Shown here piece by piece: positions 10,593-20,472 of a DNA stretch of 64,000 nucleotides; positions within the stretch are counted from its first letter, which is position 1, and each line of letters opens with the position of its first letter. Made by a program: the position numbers and the translations under genes. Under the pieces are notes generated by a model. That model did not search any database and had not been told where the DNA came from. It saw nothing but the letters and a program-made list of their open reading frames with translations. Source of the DNA: an uncultured Anaerolineaceae bacterium (lineage in GTDB: Bacteria > Chloroflexota > Anaerolineae > Anaerolineales > UBA4823); NCBI GenBank assembly GCA_964547225.1, contig CAZJMV010000212.1, forward strand, positions 80,465 through 144,464, in the 5' to 3' direction.

Positions 10593-11733
10593 AATGACAG
10601 ATAATAATATTAAAAACCCAACAGAATATCGCATTAAATACCCACGAAAGTTATTTGAAAGAGGATTTGCACGCACGATTGGACGTATTATACTTCCCAT
10701 CGCTTTCTCCCTAAATATTCGCGGGAAAGAGCGTTTCCCCAAACGAGGTCCTCTCCTGGTTGTAGGAAACCATACGGCAATTATGGAAACGGTGATGCTT
10801 TATACTCTAACTCCTTGGCAAATTGAGATGCTGGGATCAATTGATATTCCTCATGAAAGATTAACCGACTTGATTAGTCGTTTTATTGGTTATATACCCA
10901 TCAGGCGTGGTCGTATGGAGCGAGAATCAATGGAACAAGCTTTAGATGTTTTACGACAAGATGGTGTAGTAGGTATTTTTCCAGAAGGAGGTATTTGGGA
11001 AGCAGGAGGGATGAGCGCCCAGCCTGGTGTATCTTGGTTAAGCTTTCGCTCAGGAGCTCCTGTTTTACCGATCGGTTTTTCAGGTACAATCGGAGCACTT
11101 GGAAAAGCGATTAATCTTAAAAGACCTAAGTTGACCATGAATATTGGGAAATTAATACCAGCCGCGCTTCTCCCTAAAGGAAAACCTAGAAAACAATTCT
11201 TCGTTGAATATGCAACACAAGTATTAACCGCCATCCGCTCTCTTCTACCTCAAAACGATCCATCGATTCGATCAACGATCCGAGACGAACACTTCGAATT
11301 AGACGTAACTGCAAAAGATCAGAACGAACAAATCGTCAACATCCCCGAAGAATTTAAAATTAAGCATGATGTTGCATTGGCAAAAGTATTACACCGACCT
11401 GGAATTTTGAAGATATTCAAGAAAAATCTGAAGATGCCAGTTGAATCCTTACAATCTATCAGTGAAAACCATAATCCAGAAAACCTCATTACCCCTCTTA
11501 AGCAAATAATGGAATATCTGAAATCAGATAACCCCTATTTGTTTTCTTATCGTTTTGGTCCTAAACAAGGCGAGGAAATGGAGAATGGTCTTAAAGAATT
11601 ATTAAATCTTTCCGAGTGGGCTAACAAGAATTCCTATTCGCTTGATATTACACCGATTCGTTTTTACTATGATATCGAAAAAGAAGAGAAAGTAAAACAA
11701 ATCTTCCAGGGAGAATTTGAACATTGGATGTGA
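10585..11733 (+). CDS. lysophospholipid (1-acylglycerol-3-phosphate type) acyltransferase with long C-terminal extension
   Basis: Motif I region 'VVGNHTAIMET' (HX4E rather than HX4D) and motif III 'GIFPEGG'. An alternative ATG at 10594 lies directly after the upstream stop. Confidence 0.7.
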   Translation: MNKMTDNNIKNPTEYRIKYPRKLFERGFARTIGRIILPIAFSLNIRGKERFPKRGPLLVVGNHTAIMETVMLYTLTPWQIEMLGSIDIPHERLTDLISRFIGYIPIRRGRMERESMEQALDVLRQDGVVGIFPEGGIWEAGGMSAQPGVSWLSFRSGAPVLPIGFSGTIGALGKAINLKRPKLTMNIGKLIPAALLPKGKPRKQFFVEYATQVLTAIRSLLPQNDPSIRSTIRDEHFELDVTAKDQNEQIVNIPEEFKIKHDVALAKVLHRPGILKIFKKNLKMPVESLQSISENHNPENLITPLKQIMEYLKSDNPYLFSYRFGPKQGEEMENGLKELLNLSEWANKNSYSLDITPIRFYYDIEKEEKVKQIFQGEFEHWM

Positions 11734-11744
11734 AAGGTAATCTT

Positions 11745-12659
11745 ATGATCGATAATATTTATCTTCAGCCAATGCAACCCTATCATGGGTTAGAAAAACA
11801 TGCACATAGAATCCATCTTCCTAAAAGCAATTTGGAAATCTTCTATTATGATACCGATAGAAATGATCTCCCCAAAATGATCCTTGTCCATGGTCTCGGA
11901 GACGATGCGGACACTTGGAGGCATCTTATTGAACCCCTTTCTGAACAATGGCGTGTCATAGCACCCGATCTACCAGGCTATGGGCGAAGTCAAAAACCAC
12001 CTATTAAATATAGTCTCACATACTTTTCCCAAGTGCTGCTCGAATTGATCAATGAACTCGGCATCAAGCAACCATGTTGGGTAGGCAATTCTCTTGGGGC
12101 GATCTTATCCTCCAATATTGCTCTGATTTCTCCTGAACAAGTAAAGTCGCTCGTACTGATTGACGGCGCTATGCTTCAAGCAGAAAAACAGAGTATCAAC
12201 CTTATGAATATCCTTTTTCTGATCCCAGGTATCGGAAAATGGCTCTATAACCGATTGAGAAATGATCCACAAGCAGCTTATGAGACTTTAAGACCTTTCT
12301 ACTACGACTTAGATGCATTACCAGATGAAGAGAGAAAATTTCTTAACTACCGTGTCAACCAACGTGTGTGGGATGATCAACAACGAGACGCATATTTATC
12401 TACCTTACGGAATATGGTTTTATCTCTCATTGGGCAACAAAATGTTATCCAAGAAAAACTCTCTGAAGTAAGCATCCCCACACTGATCATTTGGGGTGAG
12501 GCTGACCAAATATACAGCCTCAAAAATGGGGAATTATTAAATCAGGTTTTGCCAAACTCTGAAATGATCACATTCCCCCAAACGGGACATCTAGTTCAAC
12601 AAGAAAGACCAGAAAAATTAATCGCTGCCATATTAGATTTCAAGGGAATTGATTATTAA
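11745..12659 (+). CDS. alpha/beta fold hydrolase
   Basis: 'LVHGLGDD' oxyanion region, nucleophile elbow 'GNSLGA', C-terminal 'GHLVQQERPE'. The ATG at 11745 has an aaagg SD; the ORF track TTG at 11724 is less likely. Confidence 0.75.
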   Translation: MIDNIYLQPMQPYHGLEKHAHRIHLPKSNLEIFYYDTDRNDLPKMILVHGLGDDADTWRHLIEPLSEQWRVIAPDLPGYGRSQKPPIKYSLTYFSQVLLELINELGIKQPCWVGNSLGAILSSNIALISPEQVKSLVLIDGAMLQAEKQSINLMNILFLIPGIGKWLYNRLRNDPQAAYETLRPFYYDLDALPDEERKFLNYRVNQRVWDDQQRDAYLSTLRNMVLSLIGQQNVIQEKLSEVSIPTLIIWGEADQIYSLKNGELLNQVLPNSEMITFPQTGHLVQQERPEKLIAAILDFKGIDY

Positions 12660-12676
12660 TTGAAGGGAAATTAATT

Positions 12677-13825
12677 ATGCAAGCAAAAACAATTAGCGTA
12701 GCAACAATACAGATGGAGGTAACACCTGCACCTGTATCCACAAGGTTAGCTCGCGCTGAAAAACTTATCATTTCAGCGGCGCAATCAGGCGCTCAACTGG
12801 TTGTACTTCCCGAGCTTTTCAATACGGGATATTCCTTCGATCCATCCCATCACCATTTTGCAGAAGATATATATGGACCAACAGCGAGTTGGATGAAAGC
12901 ATGCGCTAATCGAAATCAAATCCATATTGCTGGTTCTATGATGCTTCTTGATGGTGATGAAGTTTACAATTCTTTTCTCCTATTCGCGCCAGATGGAAAA
13001 TATTGGCGATATGACAAAAACTACCCATGGGGTTGGGAAAGAAGTTTCTTCCGTGAAGGCAATCGAATAAACGTTGCCCATACTAATCTCGGTGATATTG
13101 GTATGTTAGTTTGTTGGGATACAGCTCACCCAGAATTATGGAGACGTTATGCAGGTCGAGTTGATTTGATGATCATATGCACAAGCGCTCCAGATATCTC
13201 TAATCCAACATTCCATCTTCCATCAATTCAAGATCTAACCTTTGATGATATGGGTCCTTTTGCACAAAAGTTAAAGAATAAAGGGAATGAATTATTTGAG
13301 AATGTCCTCAAACAACAAATTACCTGGCTGGGAGTTCCAACCATCGTTAGTTCTGCGTTTGGGAAAATACAAACAAATATTCCCAATGGATTTCTTTCTT
13401 TTTTTCTCTTTGCAGTACTTAACCCAAAACTATTCAAATATCTTCCTGAAACCAGTCAACTCCAAATGTCATGCAAAGTACTTACAACTGCTAAGATTTT
13501 GGACGCTGGAGGCTTTCCATTAGTATTACCGAATGAAGAGAATGAGGAAAACTTTTATATCAGTGAGATTCAAACCAGTAATGAAAAAAAGCAACGTTAC
13601 GAACCACAACCAAAGACAAAATTAGGCTTACAATCCTACATTTTCTCAGATATCATCTTACCGTGGTTAAGTATCCCCATGTACCGAAAAGGTCTACGAC
13701 AAAACTGGGGTGAACGAATGGCTCCAATTCAAGCTTCTACTCGAAATTGGACATTCCTGATTTCAATAACCGCATTTTTCGCATTCTTATTAGGGATATT
13801 GTTCGGAAAACGAAAGCGGAAATAA
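12677..13825 (+). CDS. carbon-nitrogen hydrolase (nitrilase superfamily) with C-terminal TM helix
   Basis: Glu in 'VVLPELFNTGY', Lys in 'RYDKNYPW', Cys in 'MLVCWDTAHPE'. Hydrophobic C-terminus 'FLISITAFFAFLLGILF'. Confidence 0.75.
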   Translation: MQAKTISVATIQMEVTPAPVSTRLARAEKLIISAAQSGAQLVVLPELFNTGYSFDPSHHHFAEDIYGPTASWMKACANRNQIHIAGSMMLLDGDEVYNSFLLFAPDGKYWRYDKNYPWGWERSFFREGNRINVAHTNLGDIGMLVCWDTAHPELWRRYAGRVDLMIICTSAPDISNPTFHLPSIQDLTFDDMGPFAQKLKNKGNELFENVLKQQITWLGVPTIVSSAFGKIQTNIPNGFLSFFLFAVLNPKLFKYLPETSQLQMSCKVLTTAKILDAGGFPLVLPNEENEENFYISEIQTSNEKKQRYEPQPKTKLGLQSYIFSDIILPWLSIPMYRKGLRQNWGERMAPIQASTRNWTFLISITAFFAFLLGILFGKRKRK

Positions 13826-13856
13826 ATCACGAGAGGCAACTGAAAGAAGTCTATAT

Positions 13857-14882
13857 ATGAAAACAATGATTCTGACAAGAGTATGGAATTTTTCTGAAAA
13901 CCCTGCCCCATTAGAAGAAGCTGACATTCCAATTCCCACACCAATGAAAGGCGAAATCCTCATCAAGGTTCATACATGTGGCGTATGTCATACCGAGTTA
14001 GATGAAATTGAAGGCAGGACTCCACCCCCATTTTTCCCTATGGTGCTCGGACACCAAGTCGTAGGAAGCATTGAAGTCTTAGGGAATGGGGCAGATAAAT
14101 ATAAACTCGGCACGCGTGTTGGTATAGCTTGGATCTATTCATCTTGTGGAAAATGCAAGTTCTGTAAGCGGGGATTGGAAAATCTTTGCCCAGAATTCAA
14201 AGCTACTGGACGAGATGCTTTTGGCGGATATGCTGAATATATGAAAGTACCACAAGATTTTGCATATCCAATACCAGACGTGTTTTCGGACTCCGAAGCC
14301 GCACCGCTACTTTGCGCCGGTGCAATTGGGTACCGATCTTTAAAACTGACTGGTTTAAAAGATGGTCAGAGCTTAGGTCTGACTGGATTTGGCGCCTCAG
14401 CTCACATTGTTTTGAAACTCGTGAAGTATCAGTATCCTAATAGTCCAATTTTCGTTTTTAGTCGCAGTGAACCGGAGAGACAATTTGCGCTCGAATTAGG
14501 TGCAAAATGGGCTGGCGCTATAGAAGAAACAACCCCACAGGAACTCGATGCGATCATCGACACAACACCCGCATGGAAGCCTGATGTCGAAGCACTACGC
14601 AACCTGTCTCCCGGCGGCAGGTTAGTCATCAATGCAATCCGAAAAGAAGCTGGCGATCAAGATTATTTACTGAAGTTGGATTATCCTTTGCATCTATGGA
14701 TGGAAAAAGAAATCAAAAGCGTTGCCAATATCACCCGTAAAGATGTAGAAGAATTCCTGGAAATCGCTGGAAAAATCCCAATCAAACCAGAGTACCAAGA
14801 ATATTCTCTCCAGGAAGCCAATCAAGCGCTATTGGAATTAAAAACCAGAAAAATTCGAGGAGCAAAGGTGCTTAGGTTATAA
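13857..14882 (+). CDS. zinc-dependent alcohol dehydrogenase family oxidoreductase
   Basis: Catalytic zinc motif 'GVCHTELDEIEG ... GHQVVG', structural zinc 'CGKCKFCKRGLENLC', Rossmann 'GLTGFGASAH'. Confidence 0.85.
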   Translation: MKTMILTRVWNFSENPAPLEEADIPIPTPMKGEILIKVHTCGVCHTELDEIEGRTPPPFFPMVLGHQVVGSIEVLGNGADKYKLGTRVGIAWIYSSCGKCKFCKRGLENLCPEFKATGRDAFGGYAEYMKVPQDFAYPIPDVFSDSEAAPLLCAGAIGYRSLKLTGLKDGQSLGLTGFGASAHIVLKLVKYQYPNSPIFVFSRSEPERQFALELGAKWAGAIEETTPQELDAIIDTTPAWKPDVEALRNLSPGGRLVINAIRKEAGDQDYLLKLDYPLHLWMEKEIKSVANITRKDVEEFLEIAGKIPIKPEYQEYSLQEANQALLELKTRKIRGAKVLRL

Positions 14883-15009
14883 ATAGAAACATAGGGGGGA
14901 AATATCATTCACAATTATATTTGATCCATTCCATATTAACCTGAAGATTATTAAATAACTTCATCCTCTTTATGCTTGCAAACAAGAATACGGTATACTG
15001 TTAATTAAG

Positions 15010-15423
15010 ATGAATAAAAAATCGACTGGTTTTCGAGAGATCGCGCATACTGCAGACTGGGAACTCGAAGTATGGGCTCCTGATTACTTTACCCTACTGG
15101 AACAATCATCAATTGGTATGTACAAATTGATGGGGGTATGTTTAGACAAAAATATTACAAATCAGCATTCAATCAAAATACCATGGAGTGACCAAGAGAA
15201 TACCCTGGTAACCTTCTTATCCGAATTGGTATATATCTGTGAATCAGAAGGATTAGCCTTTTACAAATTTGAATTCTCAGTCAGTAACAATAATCTTATT
15301 ATCGACCTCCAGGGTTCCCCAATCCTATCCATGGAGAAAGAAATCAAAGCTGTCACTTATCACAATTTGAAAATTGAGACAAGTCTGGACGAACTTAACG
15401 TCCATATCGTTTTTGACGTGTGA
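15010..15423 (+). CDS. archease (RtcB activator)
   Basis: 'FREIAHTADWELEVWA' N-terminus and 'KAVTYHNLKI' C-terminal motif. About 137 aa, directly upstream of rtcB. Confidence 0.8.
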   Translation: MNKKSTGFREIAHTADWELEVWAPDYFTLLEQSSIGMYKLMGVCLDKNITNQHSIKIPWSDQENTLVTFLSELVYICESEGLAFYKFEFSVSNNNLIIDLQGSPILSMEKEIKAVTYHNLKIETSLDELNVHIVFDV

Positions 15424-15496
15424 TCACTCTTTTCGATTTATACCTGCGATTTTCTCTTGATGTCTTTTGGGTTGGTTCAGAAGCAGAGGTATTGAT

Positions 15497-16948
15497 ATGG
15501 TAGCGATAAAAGATTTAGTAAGAATAAACGATTATGAGTGGGAAATTCCAAAATCATTCCGACCCGATATGCGTGTACCGGTTCGGATCTTTGCCACGCG
15601 CAAATTATTAAACAGTGTAATGGAAGATAATTCTTTAGAACAGGCTGTCAATGCTTCAACCTTACCAGGTTTGGTCGGACGGGTCCTCGTCATGCCGGAT
15701 ATGCATCAAGGATATGGTTTTCCGATCGGGGGAGTTGCTGCAACAACTTATCCTGATGGTGTGATCTCTCCTGGTGGGATAGGTTATGATATCAATTGTG
15801 GTGTGAGACTATTAACCTCTCATATTATCTTTGATGAAGTCCAACAAGATCTCGATGACTTAGTAAGCGCACTAAACCATTATTGCCCAAGTGGAGTAGG
15901 AAAGAAGGGACAAATCCATCTAAGCGAAAGGGAAATCAACCAGGTTTGTACCAGAGGCTCAGAATGGGCATTGAAAGCTGGATATGCAACCGAAGCTGAT
16001 ATCCGCCGCACTGAAGATGGAGGGAAAATAGAAGGGGCAGATCCAAGTAAGGTCAGCCCGCGTGCTAAAGAACGCGGAAGACCCCAAATCGGGACATTAG
16101 GAGCTGGGAATCACTTTATAGAAGTGGATGTGATCGAAAAAATATTTGATCTAAAAGCAGCACAAATCATGGGGTTACAGGAAGGAAATCTAGCCGTTCA
16201 AATACATTGCGGTTCGCGCGGTTTCGGTCACCAAATTTGTACAGATTATGTCAGAGAATTCCAATCAGCGATCCAACGATATGATATCCAGCTTCCTGAT
16301 CGAGAATTAGTTTGCGCTCCCCTCAATTCAAAAGAAGGTCAGGATTACCTTGCAGCTATGCGATGTGCTGCGAACTATGCTTTCGCCAATCGCCAAATCC
16401 TTGCCCACCTAGCACGACAAGCATTTGAAAGTGTTTTTGCCGGGAAATTATCCGATTGGCGCCTATACCAAGTTTATGATATCGCCCATAATATGGGTAA
16501 GATAGAGAGTCATCTTATTGATGGAAAACAAGTAAAAGTCTGCGTTCATCGAAAAGGAGCGACGCGTGCCTTTGGTCCAAACTCGCCAGATTTACCAGAG
16601 GAATACAAAAAGATTGGGCAACCTGTGCTTGTCCCTGGCAGCATGGGAACCGCTTCTTGGGTGCTTGTTGGAACCGAGAGCAGTATGGAACGTTCTTTTG
16701 GGTCCAGCTGTCATGGCGCTGGTCGAGTGATGAGTCGAAAGAAAGCCAAGAAAGCTGTACGAGGAGCAACGCTGCGAGAAGAATTAGAAAAACAGGGCAT
16801 CCATATTAGAGCAGGATCGATGGCAGGATTAGCCGAAGAGGCTCCATCAGCATACAAAGATGTCGACGAGGTTGTTAATATCGTCGCTGGAGCAGGTATC
16901 GCAAAAAAAGTCGCTCGTCTGCTTCCTGTAGCTGTTGTAAAAGGATAG
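15497..16948 (+). CDS. rtcB: RNA 3'-phosphate/2',3'-cyclic phosphate ligase RtcB
   Basis: '[12 protein letters not shown]', 'GAGNHFIE', '[10 protein letters not shown]', 'HRKGAT', 'SSCHGAGR'. The ATG at 15497 is preferred to the TTG at 15467. Confidence 0.9.
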   Translation: MVAIKDLVRINDYEWEIPKSFRPDMRVPVRIFATRKLLNSVMEDNSLEQAVNASTLPGLVGRVLVMPDMHQGYGFPIGGVAATTYPDGVISPGGIGYDINCGVRLLTSHIIFDEVQQDLDDLVSALNHYCPSGVGKKGQIHLSEREINQVCTRGSEWALKAGYATEADIRRTEDGGKIEGADPSKVSPRAKERGRPQIGTLGAGNHFIEVDVIEKIFDLKAAQIMGLQEGNLAVQIHCGSRGFGHQICTDYVREFQSAIQRYDIQLPDRELVCAPLNSKEGQDYLAAMRCAANYAFANRQILAHLARQAFESVFAGKLSDWRLYQVYDIAHNMGKIESHLIDGKQVKVCVHRKGATRAFGPNSPDLPEEYKKIGQPVLVPGSMGTASWVLVGTESSMERSFGSSCHGAGRVMSRKKAKKAVRGATLREELEKQGIHIRAGSMAGLAEEAPSAYKDVDEVVNIVAGAGIAKKVARLLPVAVVKG

Positions 16949-16951
16949 CTT

Positions 16952-17704
16952 TTAATGCGTTAGAATTTGCGAGAGGAATAATTTAGTACGATCTTCGCAC
17001 GGATCACAAAAAATACTATCTGGTGTTCCACTTTCGATAACTAAACCTTCATCAAAGAAAAACATCCGATCAGCCACTCCCTTTGCAAACCCCATCTCGT
17101 GAGTAACAACCACCATCGTCATCCCACTTGTCGCCAACTCAGTCATTACATCTAAGACTTCTTTGATCATTTCAGGGTCAAGTGCTGATGTTGGTTCGTC
17201 GAAAAGCATGATCTTTGGCTGCATCGCTAAAGCTCGGGCTATGGCTACACGTTGTTGCTGACCTCCAGAAAGCTGTCCGGGGAATTTATGTGCTTGTTCC
17301 GGAATACCAACTCTATCCAATAATTGGATGGCGATTTCCTCAGCCCTCTCCTTAGACCATTTACGCACCTGAATTGGCGCTAAAGAAATATTCTGAAGTA
17401 CTGTCATATGTGGGAATAGGTTAAACTGTTGAAAAACCATCCCTGTTTCCATTCGTATCTGTTCAATATCCTTCATTGAATTAGTTAATTCAATGCCGTC
17501 TACGGTTATAGAACCTTTTTGATGCTCTTCCAATCGATTTATTGTACGTATGAATGTCGACTTCCCAGAACCAGAGGGCCCAAAAATAACTACAACCTCT
17601 CCCTTATTAACGTTTAAATTAATCCCACGTAATGCGTGAAAATGACCAAACCATTTATGCACATCTTTACAAACAATAATGGGTTCTTCAAAGTTTTCTG
17701 ACAT
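16952..17704 (-). CDS. polar amino acid ABC transporter ATP-binding protein (GlnQ-like), no adjacent permease
   Basis: Walker A 'GPSGSGKST', signature '[15 protein letters not shown]', Walker B '[12 protein letters not shown]', and '[15 protein letters not shown]', typical of the amino-acid subfamily. Confidence 0.9.
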   Translation of the reverse strand: MSENFEEPIIVCKDVHKWFGHFHALRGINLNVNKGEVVVIFGPSGSGKSTFIRTINRLEEHQKGSITVDGIELTNSMKDIEQIRMETGMVFQQFNLFPHMTVLQNISLAPIQVRKWSKERAEEIAIQLLDRVGIPEQAHKFPGQLSGGQQQRVAIARALAMQPKIMLFDEPTSALDPEMIKEVLDVMTELATSGMTMVVVTHEMGFAKGVADRMFFFDEGLVIESGTPDSIFCDPCEDRTKLFLSQILTH

Positions 17705-17866
17705 TCTATACTCCTATAATGATAATCGTATAATTTTCTAGGATTGAATTTTACCCTAAACCTTTACTGATTGTTTTAGAATTTCATTTCTAGATCAATA
17801 ACACAATTCATATGTTTTTGCTGCAATCATAATTATGAACACTGAATTGTATCACTATTATTTGAC

Positions 17867-18337
17867 CTAAATTGAAATTTTTTCTTTCTTTGCGTTTGTT
17901 AGTTGAAAAAGATCGTCAGGAGCTAAACTAATATTAAAACCTCTCTGTCCACCAGAGATGAATATCTTTTCATAATCCCAAGCAGAACTGTCAACCACGA
18001 CTTGAAACCCTTTATTAATCAATGCTAATGGAGATATCCCTCCAACCTGCAGACCTGTCAGCGCTTCGGCTTCACGTTGAGATGCAGATCTTAGCTTTTT
18101 CTCATTGAGGATCTTTGCAAGCGCTTTCAAGTCAACTTGAAGATTACCAGGCACAACGGATAAGATCGGTTTTCCACTTCCGGATCTCATGATAACAATC
18201 GTTTTAAAGACTTGAGATTGCGGTACATTTAAGATTTCTGCAACCTCGATTGCGCTAAATTTTTCTGCTGCAAATTCGTGAGCAGAATAGTCGATCTTTT
18301 TTTGATCAAGGTATCTCGTAATATTGTTTGTTTTCAT
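17867..18337 (-). CDS. ybaK: Cys-tRNA(Pro)/Cys-tRNA(Cys) deacylase YbaK
   Basis: About 156 aa YbaK/EbsC fold: 'KTIVIM...GKPILSVVPGNLQVDLKALA' and 'ISGGQRGFNISL'. Confidence 0.8.
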   Translation of the reverse strand: MKTNNITRYLDQKKIDYSAHEFAAEKFSAIEVAEILNVPQSQVFKTIVIMRSGSGKPILSVVPGNLQVDLKALAKILNEKKLRSASQREAEALTGLQVGGISPLALINKGFQVVVDSSAWDYEKIFISGGQRGFNISLAPDDLFQLTNAKKEKISI

Positions 18338-18359
18338 CGATATACTACTTTCTTCAAGT

Positions 18360-19742
18360 TCAAATTGGAAGACTTATGGTAAAAATCGCACCACCTTCCG
18401 GTACATTACTGGCAGATATCTTACCTCCATGCGCTTCAGTTAATTGTCGCGTTATCGCCAATCCCAAACCAGTTCCTCCGCGTAAACGACTACGGGAACG
18501 ATCTGCTCGATAAAAACGCTTGAAAATATTAGGAAGATCTTTCTCCGGAATGCCTGAACCACTATCTTGAATATCAATTTTTAGCGAGTGGTTGACCCGT
18601 GATATTCTGACGATGATTTTTCCATGATCAGGTGTATATTGAAGCGCATTGGATAATAAATTGTGTAGGATTTGTTCGATCCGATATGGGTCAGCCATAA
18701 TGTTTGGGTATGAATCTCTTGTACCATCGAGCACAAATTCGATCTGAATATCTTTCCTGGCAGCTTGAGGACGGAAATTTTCCACAATTCTTTCAAAGAT
18801 CTGGATGATATTGATCTTAGAAAATTCTAATTGAAGTTTTCCCGAATCTGCCAGAGCGAGTGTATGCAGATCATTGACCAGGCGGGTTAAGAGAAGATTC
18901 TGCTCTATGATCGGAGAAAGGTTTTCAATAGTAAGAGGATAAACACCATCCTGTATAGCTTCCAAATTTGCTCGTTGAATGGCTAATGGTGTACGCAACT
19001 CATGGGCAATATCAGCAGTCATTGCTCGCCTTCTCTGCTCCGATTGCTCCAAAGAATCAGCCATGTTGTTGAATGTATTTCCGAGTAATGCCAACTCGTC
19101 ATTGCCTTTCACCTGCACTCTCTTCGAAAGCTCACCACTTCCCAGGCTTTGAGCGGCAAATGTTAATTCTCTCACGGGACGGAGTAAGCGATATGCAAGG
19201 AATAAAGCGATCAGCAAAGATAAACCACCCGCGATAAGTCCAGCAATTAATGCAGCTCGATTCAAACGATTTACAAGAAACACTTCATCTGCAAGGGTGA
19301 ACTCCGTTACTCCTTCTTGGAGAAAGTATCCCACCAATTCTCCATCGACTTCCAACGGAAGAGCAGCCTCCATTTCGTACTTTGACAATTTTTCACCTAT
19401 TTCAAATCCCTCCGTATCAGCAACCAAAAGCCCTGATGGTTCAGCCAAACGTATTCGAGTCTCTAATCCGGCTGCTAAATTCAATCCATTCCCTTCGCTC
19501 CCAACTCTGCCCTGTCCCCGTCCTTTTCCATGAGTACTTAAGACTGTTTCTACCCCATCCCAACTACCTTTTGCCTGATAATAATCATCTAATTGATCGA
19601 TTATTCCACCTTGAGAGAACATTCCGCCCTTGAATACAAAGGAACGCACTTCATTGACCGCGCCTTGACGTGCTAAGAGAACAACACTGAGAACAGCTAT
19701 AAAAGCAACAACTGCGAAAGATAAAATTAATCGTAAACGCAC
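18360..19742 (-). CDS. sensor histidine kinase (TM - periplasmic loop - HAMP - HisKA - HATPase)
   Basis: H-box 'ADIAHELRTPL', N-box 'LLSNALQYTP', G1 'IQDSGSGIP', G2 'GGTGLGLAI'. GTG start with an agagg SD. Confidence 0.85.
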   Translation of the reverse strand: MRLRLILSFAVVAFIAVLSVVLLARQGAVNEVRSFVFKGGMFSQGGIIDQLDDYYQAKGSWDGVETVLSTHGKGRGQGRVGSEGNGLNLAAGLETRIRLAEPSGLLVADTEGFEIGEKLSKYEMEAALPLEVDGELVGYFLQEGVTEFTLADEVFLVNRLNRAALIAGLIAGGLSLLIALFLAYRLLRPVRELTFAAQSLGSGELSKRVQVKGNDELALLGNTFNNMADSLEQSEQRRRAMTADIAHELRTPLAIQRANLEAIQDGVYPLTIENLSPIIEQNLLLTRLVNDLHTLALADSGKLQLEFSKINIIQIFERIVENFRPQAARKDIQIEFVLDGTRDSYPNIMADPYRIEQILHNLLSNALQYTPDHGKIIVRISRVNHSLKIDIQDSGSGIPEKDLPNIFKRFYRADRSRSRLRGGTGLGLAITRQLTEAHGGKISASNVPEGGAIFTISLPI

Positions 19743-19758
19743 ACAAACACCTCTTTAA

Positions 19759-20397
19759 CTACTCGCCACGCGAGAAGCGATATCCTACCCCAAAAACCGT
19801 CTCAATATAACGTGGAGATCTTGGATCATGTTCAAGTTTTGCACGCAGGTTTTTTATATGTGCATCAACCGTACGTTCATAACCTTCAAAAGCAACTCCT
19901 TGACTAGCTTCCAAGAGTTGTAGGCGGGAGAACGCCCGACCAGGCTGCTCAACTAATTTCACAAGAAGATTAAATTCGGTTGGGGTCAAATTGATCTCTT
20001 CATCTGCTCTCTTTACCACATGTCCATCTAAATCAATTTCAATATCAGCTACTCGCAGAATTTGGCTGCTCGTTTTATGTGGATCATTTCTACGTAATAA
20101 CGCACGCACACGAGCCACTAATATGCGTGGCGAAAAAGGTTTGGCTATATAATCATCCGCGCCAAGTTCCAAGCCAATCAATTGATCTGTCTCTTCAACC
20201 CGCGCAGTCATCATAATGATTGGGGTATCTGATTTCCTTCGAATTTCTCGAGCCACATCTAATCCATCCATCCCAGGTAAATTGAGATCTAATATCACCA
20301 AATCTGGTTTCATTTTCTCCCAAGTGGATAATCCAAAGTCTCCTCTAGATGCAGATGTGACTTCATAACCAGATTTTTCCAGGTATGATTGGATCAC
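19759..20397 (-). CDS. OmpR-family response regulator (true start probably upstream at about 20448, see findings)
   Basis: Receiver 'PDLVILDLNLPGMDG' and 'KPF', winged helix 'LTPTEFNLL ... ETVFGVGYRF'. The first canonical start (GTG 20397) cuts off the conserved beta-1 'RILIIEDE' that is encoded in frame upstream. Confidence 0.85.
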   Translation of the reverse strand: MIQSYLEKSGYEVTSASRGDFGLSTWEKMKPDLVILDLNLPGMDGLDVAREIRRKSDTPIIMMTARVEETDQLIGLELGADDYIAKPFSPRILVARVRALLRRNDPHKTSSQILRVADIEIDLDGHVVKRADEEINLTPTEFNLLVKLVEQPGRAFSRLQLLEASQGVAFEGYERTVDAHIKNLRAKLEHDPRSPRYIETVFGVGYRFSRGE

Positions 20398-20472
20398 CTT
20401 TACTAATTCGACTTCATCTTCAATGATTAATATCCTCGCTATAAAAATATTTTACTCCTATAAGCATGAACT

